Assembly (NCBI GenBank): GCA_037444725.1
Contig: JBBILW010000001.1
Span: 5,056-69,055, forward strand
DNA: 64,000 bases
DNA from: Candidatus Jorgensenbacteria bacterium
GTDB lineage: Bacteria > Patescibacteriota > Minisyncoccia > UBA6257 > GWB1-50-10
Reading direction: 5' to 3'
Of this stretch, positions 58,969 through 64,000 are shown piece by piece (the first letter of the stretch is position 1; the number at the start of each line of letters is the position of its first letter). A program made the position numbers and the translations under genes. The notes beneath the pieces were generated by a model that saw nothing but the letters and a program-made list of their open reading frames with translations, made no database searches and was not told where the DNA came from.

Positions 58969-61409
58969 TACAATGCTTTCATTGTACCCCATTTCTTACC
59001 TGCTTTCATTCCAACCGCGAGCGGTACTGAGAGGGGATAAATGCTTTCCATGATGCGCTTTAGCACGGGTGCCACTGTTTCAAGCCGCGCATCGTCCACT
59101 TCAAACAAAAGCTCGTCATGTATCGAGAGAAGCAGTGATGCGCCGTCATTTTTTTCCAATTCCTTTTCACATTGAATCATCGCCATCTTTATAATGTCGG
59201 CGCCGAGTCCTTGGAGAGGCATATTAACGGCCGCGCGCTCAAATTCTCCGGGCGCAGACTCCTTCGGGAACCAGCGCTTTCTCCCCAGTGCATTTTCTGC
59301 GTATCCGTTTTGCTTTACCGATTCTTTTACCGTTTCTTGCCATTTTTTCACGCCGGGGAACGCGCGGAAATATTCCGCGATGAATTTCTGCGCTTCGGCA
59401 AAGGTGACACCGGTCGTTTTTGCGAAGAGTCTCGGCCCCATGCCGTAGATGATGCCGAAGTTCAGCGTTTTGCCGATGCGGCGATGTTTTGCGTCCACTT
59501 TGTCTTGAGTGATGCCGAACACTTTCGATGCGGTGAGCGCGTGAATATCTTCGTGGTGCAGGAAGGCGTTGGTGAGTGATTCATCGCCGCTTACGTGCGC
59601 CAAGAGGCGGAGTTCAATCTGTGAATAATCAAGCGAGAGGAAGGAGCGGTTTTTTCCGGCGACAAACGCGTCGCGCAGAGGTTCGGCCCATTTCGAACCC
59701 TGTGGAATATTCTGCAGGTTGGGGCGTTCGGAAGAGAGGCGGCCTGTCGAGGTGCCAGTCTGAAGATACGTGGTGTGCACGCGGCCATCGGCGGATGACG
59801 CCTCGATTAAGGGCTCTAAGAAGCTTGAGAACACTTTGAATGTTTCGCGGTATTGCAGGATGAGCGGCACCACGGGGTGCGCGTCTTTCATTTCATCCAG
59901 AATATCCTTGCCGGTTTTCCTGTGTCCTGTCGAGGTTTTTTTCTTCGGACTGCCATTTAATTTCAAACGGTCAAAAAGTACCTCGCCAATCTGCTGAGGG
60001 GAGTTGATGTTAAACGCGCCGCCTGCAGCCGCATAAATTTCATCTTCGAGACTCTTTAAATCTTTCTGCATCGTGCGCTGGAGTGCCAAGAGTGCATCAC
60101 GATCCGCGCCGATGCCGCGTTCCTCCATGCGGGCTAATACGCGCACGAGCGGCATCTCAATGTCTTTAAATATCGCGGTAAGTCCTGCCGCCTCGAGGCC
60201 GTGCGCATATATTTTTCCGAGCATTTTGAGCGCCTCGTGTTCTTTTTCTGGTGCGGTCAAGATATCAATAGCGGTAAGATTTTTTGAGAGTTCAATAAGG
60301 TCCGGCTCCTTGTTTTCTGAGTCAACGAGCCAGGCCGCCACATGGATATCGAAGAGCGGATCTGCTACGTCTATATGTTTGCGCGCAAGCGATTTTAAAA
60401 TCGGCTTCCAATCGAACGCGGTTTTCTGCAGCTTCCCTTGAAGTTCCTTCGTGTGCTCTTCGGCGTCGCGCGCGTTCGTCACGGTGACCATCGCCACATC
60501 TTCTCCGAGCGGCAACATAGGCGCTTCCGCGTGCGTTTTTTCTTGTTTTACTTGTTTGGGCTTACCGCTCACCATGCTTTCGAATCCGAGCGTTAAAAAG
60601 TACGCATTCAAATCCGCCTCGCTCGGCGCCTCGTAACGAAGTTCATCTAAGGTAACTTTGATAGGAACATTTGTTTCGATAGTGGAAAGTTTTTTCGAGA
60701 AGAGCGCGTCTTTTTTGAAGGGTAGGAATTTCTTTGCGAGCTTGTGATCCTTCGGCATCTCCTCATAGAGTTTTTCTATCGAGCCGAATTCGTGGAGTGC
60801 CGTGACCGCGGTTTTTGGTCCCACGCCGGGGACGCCCGGAATGTTGTCCGAAGGGTCGCCCACGAGGCCTTTATAGTCCGTCATCTGCTCGGGACCGAGT
60901 TCGTAGCGAGCTTTAACTGCATCCGCATCGTATTCGATTGTTTCACTTACGCCTTTTTTTGGTGCGCGCACCACCACACGGCCTCCCTTCACGAGCTGGA
61001 GCGTGTCCATGTCGCCCGTGAGAATTGTGATATGCAAATCCTTTTCGCCGAATTTTGTGGCGAGTGTGCCGATGATATCATCGCCTTCGTATCCCGCGAG
61101 CTCAAAGCAAGGGATGTTGAGTTTCTGAAAAAGTTCGCGCGATTTTATGAGTTGAGAGACGAGCTCGTCGGGTGCGGGCGGGCGATGCGCTTTGTATTGC
61201 TCAAACATCTCCTTGCGAAAGGTAGGTTCGGGCCTGTCGAACGCCGCCGCGACATAATCGGGCTTATGTTCGCGCATTGTTTTCATAAGCGCCCGCGCAA
61301 GACCATAAATAGCGCCTATCGGCTCACCACTCGGTGTTGTGAGCGGGGGGAGTGCGTGATAGGAGCGGTGGATGAGCGCGTGAGCGTCTATAAGGAGAAG
61401 ATTTTTCAT
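58968..61409 (-). CDS. polA: DNA polymerase I
   Basis: 5'-3' exonuclease (GDPSDNIPGV); TGRLSS..PNLQNIP, DYSQIELR, NFGIIYG, IHDEL. Confidence 0.98.
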   Translation of the reverse strand: MKNLLLIDAHALIHRSYHALPPLTTPSGEPIGAIYGLARALMKTMREHKPDYVAAAFDRPEPTFRKEMFEQYKAHRPPAPDELVSQLIKSRELFQKLNIPCFELAGYEGDDIIGTLATKFGEKDLHITILTGDMDTLQLVKGGRVVVRAPKKGVSETIEYDADAVKARYELGPEQMTDYKGLVGDPSDNIPGVPGVGPKTAVTALHEFGSIEKLYEEMPKDHKLAKKFLPFKKDALFSKKLSTIETNVPIKVTLDELRYEAPSEADLNAYFLTLGFESMVSGKPKQVKQEKTHAEAPMLPLGEDVAMVTVTNARDAEEHTKELQGKLQKTAFDWKPILKSLARKHIDVADPLFDIHVAAWLVDSENKEPDLIELSKNLTAIDILTAPEKEHEALKMLGKIYAHGLEAAGLTAIFKDIEMPLVRVLARMEERGIGADRDALLALQRTMQKDLKSLEDEIYAAAGGAFNINSPQQIGEVLFDRLKLNGSPKKKTSTGHRKTGKDILDEMKDAHPVVPLILQYRETFKVFSSFLEPLIEASSADGRVHTTYLQTGTSTGRLSSERPNLQNIPQGSKWAEPLRDAFVAGKNRSFLSLDYSQIELRLLAHVSGDESLTNAFLHHEDIHALTASKVFGITQDKVDAKHRRIGKTLNFGIIYGMGPRLFAKTTGVTFAEAQKFIAEYFRAFPGVKKWQETVKESVKQNGYAENALGRKRWFPKESAPGEFERAAVNMPLQGLGADIIKMAMIQCEKELEKNDGASLLLSIHDELLFEVDDARLETVAPVLKRIMESIYPLSVPLAVGMKAGKKWGTMKAL

Positions 61410-61493
61410 ACTAGAATACCTCTCTATTTTACACTCTTTTGTAAATATTACCTCGTATAAGCCGCCGCTTCATTGTGGTATTATTTGAATACT

Positions 61494-62006
61494 ATGAAGC
61501 AAAAGTATCTCATTGTTGCGGTTGTCGTGGTTGCGATTCTCATTGCTGCGGCGTTCGTATACTCGTATCTATCGTCGCCGTCACAAAAAGCGGCGCCGTC
61601 GGGCGTGCCTCCGGCTCCTACGACTTCGACTGCGCAGCAGCCCGCCCCCTCGCCGTACTACACGCCCGTGTATGTTTCTCTCATGCAAGAGATTTTGAAG
61701 AGGGATGCCCCCGCGGGTAGCGCACCGACCGATTTCACTGCATATAAAATCGTGGGCGGCTCCTTGAGCCCCTCGGGAGACAGGACGGCGGTTTACTTTG
61801 CGACGAAGGACCCCTCGACCGCCGATGGACGGTTTGTAAACAACGGTATTTTTTATGTAGTGAACGGCCGTCTTGGAAATAGCTATCTCATTACGAAGGC
61901 GGGCGCGACGGGCGGTATTCCCGAGATTAAAGATATTCAATGGATGAACAATTCAACGATGAGCTATCTTCTCGGAGACCAGGTAAAAACCATTTCTGTT
62001 CAATAA
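61494..62006 (+). CDS. Hypothetical membrane-anchored protein
   Basis: N-terminal TM, Pro/Ser/Thr linker; TGgTATTAT 9 nt before ATG. Confidence 0.75.
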   Translation: MKQKYLIVAVVVVAILIAAAFVYSYLSSPSQKAAPSGVPPAPTTSTAQQPAPSPYYTPVYVSLMQEILKRDAPAGSAPTDFTAYKIVGGSLSPSGDRTAVYFATKDPSTADGRFVNNGIFYVVNGRLGNSYLITKAGATGGIPEIKDIQWMNNSTMSYLLGDQVKTISVQ

Positions 62007-62100
62007 GCATTTCTTTGGACTGTCCCAAGAAATGCTTGTTTCGTCTTCGCTCGGACAAATCGCGCTTGTGCGCGTTTGCTCTCTCACTCGCCGAAATAGC

Positions 62101-62129
62101 AAAAAATCACCCGAGTCGGGTGATTTTTT
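62101..62129. terminator. Bidirectional terminator
   Basis: AAAAAATCACCCGA-G-TCGGGTGATTTTTT near-perfect palindrome. Confidence 0.75.
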
Positions 62130-62583
62130 ATTTAAGTCCGCTTGCAGTAATGATGCGTTCGTTTTCTTTTTTACCGTGGCGGAAGCGGAGACGGATGGGG
62201 GAGGTGAAGCGTGCGCCCTTCAAGTTGTCCGCCCACTCTATTAAAAGAATGTTGCGCGCATCGCTTAGTGCCTCATGGATATTCAACGGTACGAGGTCTT
62301 TCATACTTGCTACGCGGTACGCGTCGAGGTGATAAAGGTTCTTATATTTCAGCCGTTTCAACGGGTAACGCTTCATAATGACAAATGTGGGGCTTGTGAG
62401 GCGACCCTTTACGCCAAGGGCATGGGCAAATCCTTGGATAAACGTGGTTTTGCCCGCGCCTAAATCTCCTTGGAGCGTAACAACGCGTGCTCGGACACCG
62501 GTTTTTGCGCGAACAAGTTTCGCGGCAAGGTGCGCCGCGAATTCTTTTGTATCGTGTGCGGATGTGCTTTTAAATACCGCCAT
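62128..62583 (-). CDS. tsaE: t6A biosynthesis ATPase TsaE
   Basis: LQGDLGAGKTTF, SPTF, YHLDAYR, LIEW. Confidence 0.95.
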   Translation of the reverse strand: MAVFKSTSAHDTKEFAAHLAAKLVRAKTGVRARVVTLQGDLGAGKTTFIQGFAHALGVKGRLTSPTFVIMKRYPLKRLKYKNLYHLDAYRVASMKDLVPLNIHEALSDARNILLIEWADNLKGARFTSPIRLRFRHGKKENERIITASGLK

Positions 62584-62586
62584 AGT

Positions 62587-63594
62587 TTAGAGAAGTCCGT
62601 CTTTTTTCGCGAGGCCTAAGTGCTCATAGGCGAGCGCGGTTACGGTGCGTCCGGCAGGCGTGCGGTTCAGGAGTCCCAATTTCATAAGAAAGGGCTCGTA
62701 CACATCTTCAATGGTGCCCGGTTCTTCGTTTAATGCCGCGCCGAGTGATTTCAATCCGACGGGTCCGCCGTTAAACTTATCGATAATCGCACGAAGGAGT
62801 TGGCGGTCAGTGTTGTCGAGACCCAACGAATCGATTTCCAAAAGTTCGAGCGTCTTTGCAACCGCCTCATCGTTGATGATGTTATCCAAGTGCACCTGCG
62901 CATAATCGCGCGCGCGCTTTAACAAGCGGTTTGCAGTGCGCGGTGTGAAGCGTGAAGCTTCAGAAAGTTTCTTCGTTGCGTCTGGATGAAGTTTTACGCC
63001 GAGCAGCTTCGCATTGCGTTCGATGATGTGCGCCAAATCTTTCGGTTCGTAGTAGTCGAGGCGGAAGGTGGCACCAAAGCGAGAGCGCAACGGAGCCGAG
63101 AGCATGTTTGCTTTCGTTGTCGCCGCGATGATGGTGAAGGGCGGAAGGTCGAGCGAGAAGGTGCGCGCGGAAGGACCCTTGCCGACAATGAGGTGGAGCT
63201 TGCGGCTCTCCATTGCGGGGTAGAGGATTTCTTCGACCATCGTATTTACGCGATGCGCTTCGTCGATGAAGAGTATCTCGTTCGGCTCAAGGTTCGTGAG
63301 AAGCGCCGCCACATCACCCGCTTTCTCAAGCGCGGGACCGGAGGTCGATTTAATGTTTGCGCCCATCTGTTTGCCGATAAGGTAGGCGAGTGTGGTCTTG
63401 CCTAAGCCCGGAGGTCCATAAAACAAAAGGTGGTCGCAGCTTTCGTTGCGGCCCTTGGCGGCATCTATAATGAGGCGCAGGTTTGCCTTCACTTTTTCCT
63501 GGCCTACATAGTCCTCCCATTGGGAGGGGCGCAAGGAAAGATCGAGGTTGACCTCCTCGCTGGCTTGTGTATTATTAGAGTCCCGCGTAGTCAT
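62587..63594 (-). CDS. ruvB: Holliday junction branch-migration helicase RuvB
   Basis: LRP..W.DYVGQ, GPPGLGKTT, FIDEAHR, PLRSRFG, GGPVGL, YEPFL. Confidence 0.98.
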   Translation of the reverse strand: MTTRDSNNTQASEEVNLDLSLRPSQWEDYVGQEKVKANLRLIIDAAKGRNESCDHLLFYGPPGLGKTTLAYLIGKQMGANIKSTSGPALEKAGDVAALLTNLEPNEILFIDEAHRVNTMVEEILYPAMESRKLHLIVGKGPSARTFSLDLPPFTIIAATTKANMLSAPLRSRFGATFRLDYYEPKDLAHIIERNAKLLGVKLHPDATKKLSEASRFTPRTANRLLKRARDYAQVHLDNIINDEAVAKTLELLEIDSLGLDNTDRQLLRAIIDKFNGGPVGLKSLGAALNEEPGTIEDVYEPFLMKLGLLNRTPAGRTVTALAYEHLGLAKKDGLL

Positions 63595-63624
63595 ACGGCG
63601 GTTTTTGTGAGAAAAGGGGAGGTA

Positions 63625-63653
63625 TTGACAAATACTCCTTTGTGTGATAGGAT
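63625..63653 (+). promoter_or_regulatory. Near-consensus sigma70 promoter
   Basis: TTGACA-17 bp-(TGa)TAGGAT; no ORF of 60 aa or more follows on +. Confidence 0.75.
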
Positions 63654-63659
63654 TTGCTC

Positions 63660-63845
63660 AGCAAACTAAATCCTGGTTTTGGACCTGTGGGCATGCGGAT
63701 TCTTTCTTAGAACAATAGGATTATCTGGTTTCGGCTGGATTACTCCTCGGAAAAATTCGTTCCTTTCTTAAGTTCACTTTAAGTTAGGTTTTAAAAATGC
63801 CTTTATCGGCGCTCTGCCCACAGATCTAAGTCCGGGATTTTTTGT
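63660..63845 (+). ncRNA. Candidate ~185-nt structured ncRNA (possibly 6S RNA)
   Basis: Long terminal stem 63668-63693/63815-63840 with G-U pairs on +; internal UUCG hairpin; T tract at end; own promoter. Confidence 0.6.
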
Positions 63846-63880
63846 TTCTCCAGAACGAAGATGCTACATACGCGGCATCT

Positions 63881-64000
63881 TTATTTTTCCTTCGGGGTAT
63901 CCGTATTATGAAGCCAAGGTACTACTCCTGTTGTGCGCTCCACCTCATCCAAACTGGTGGTGCCAAGAATCACTTTCAACATACCATCTTCTTGCATTGT
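63881..64000 (-). CDS. C-terminus of GspE/PilB-family ATPase (5'-truncated by window edge)
   Basis: TMQEDGMLKVILGTTSLDEVERTT...stop; typical GspE/PilB tail. Confidence 0.75.
   Translation of the reverse strand, partial: TMQEDGMLKVILGTTSLDEVERTTGVVPWLHNTDTPKEK

Overview
Chromosomal window from a small-genome bacterium, most likely Patescibacteria/CPR (Parcubacteria-like). This is inferred from the CPR-type pilins and VirB4/PrgI cluster, short RpsA/YebC/ValS, scarcity of Shine-Dalgarno motifs and frequent -10 boxes just upstream of start codons. It spans the replication origin (jag-yidC-rnpA-rpmH <> dnaA-oriC-dnaN) and carries housekeeping genes (hppA partial, valS, ftsK, recA, folD, ftsH, rpsA, gyrA, xer, rpsO, pnp, comM, rsmA, PBP1A, ruvC, polA, tsaE, ruvB) and three tRNAs (Val-TAC, Leu-TAG and a rare Ile-TAT). 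A ~14 kb T4SS-like operon ends in a pilin fused to a zinc-peptidase-like domain. The most unusual signals are non-coding: (i) structured 3' trailers behind tRNA-Leu and tRNA-Val, each with an antisense copy of its own tRNA's T-arm, a downstream decoy copy and a shared GAGGYGAGCGA..GAGCCGA motif; (ii) a repeat cluster at 5.9-6.2 kb with a parS-like 16-mer that recurs at 1.47 kb; (iii) a promoter-driven ~185-nt structured RNA near ruvB; (iv) a multi-stem element after recA. Two sORFs and a probable ATT start missed by the ORF track are also reported. All calls come from reading the sequence; no searches were run.
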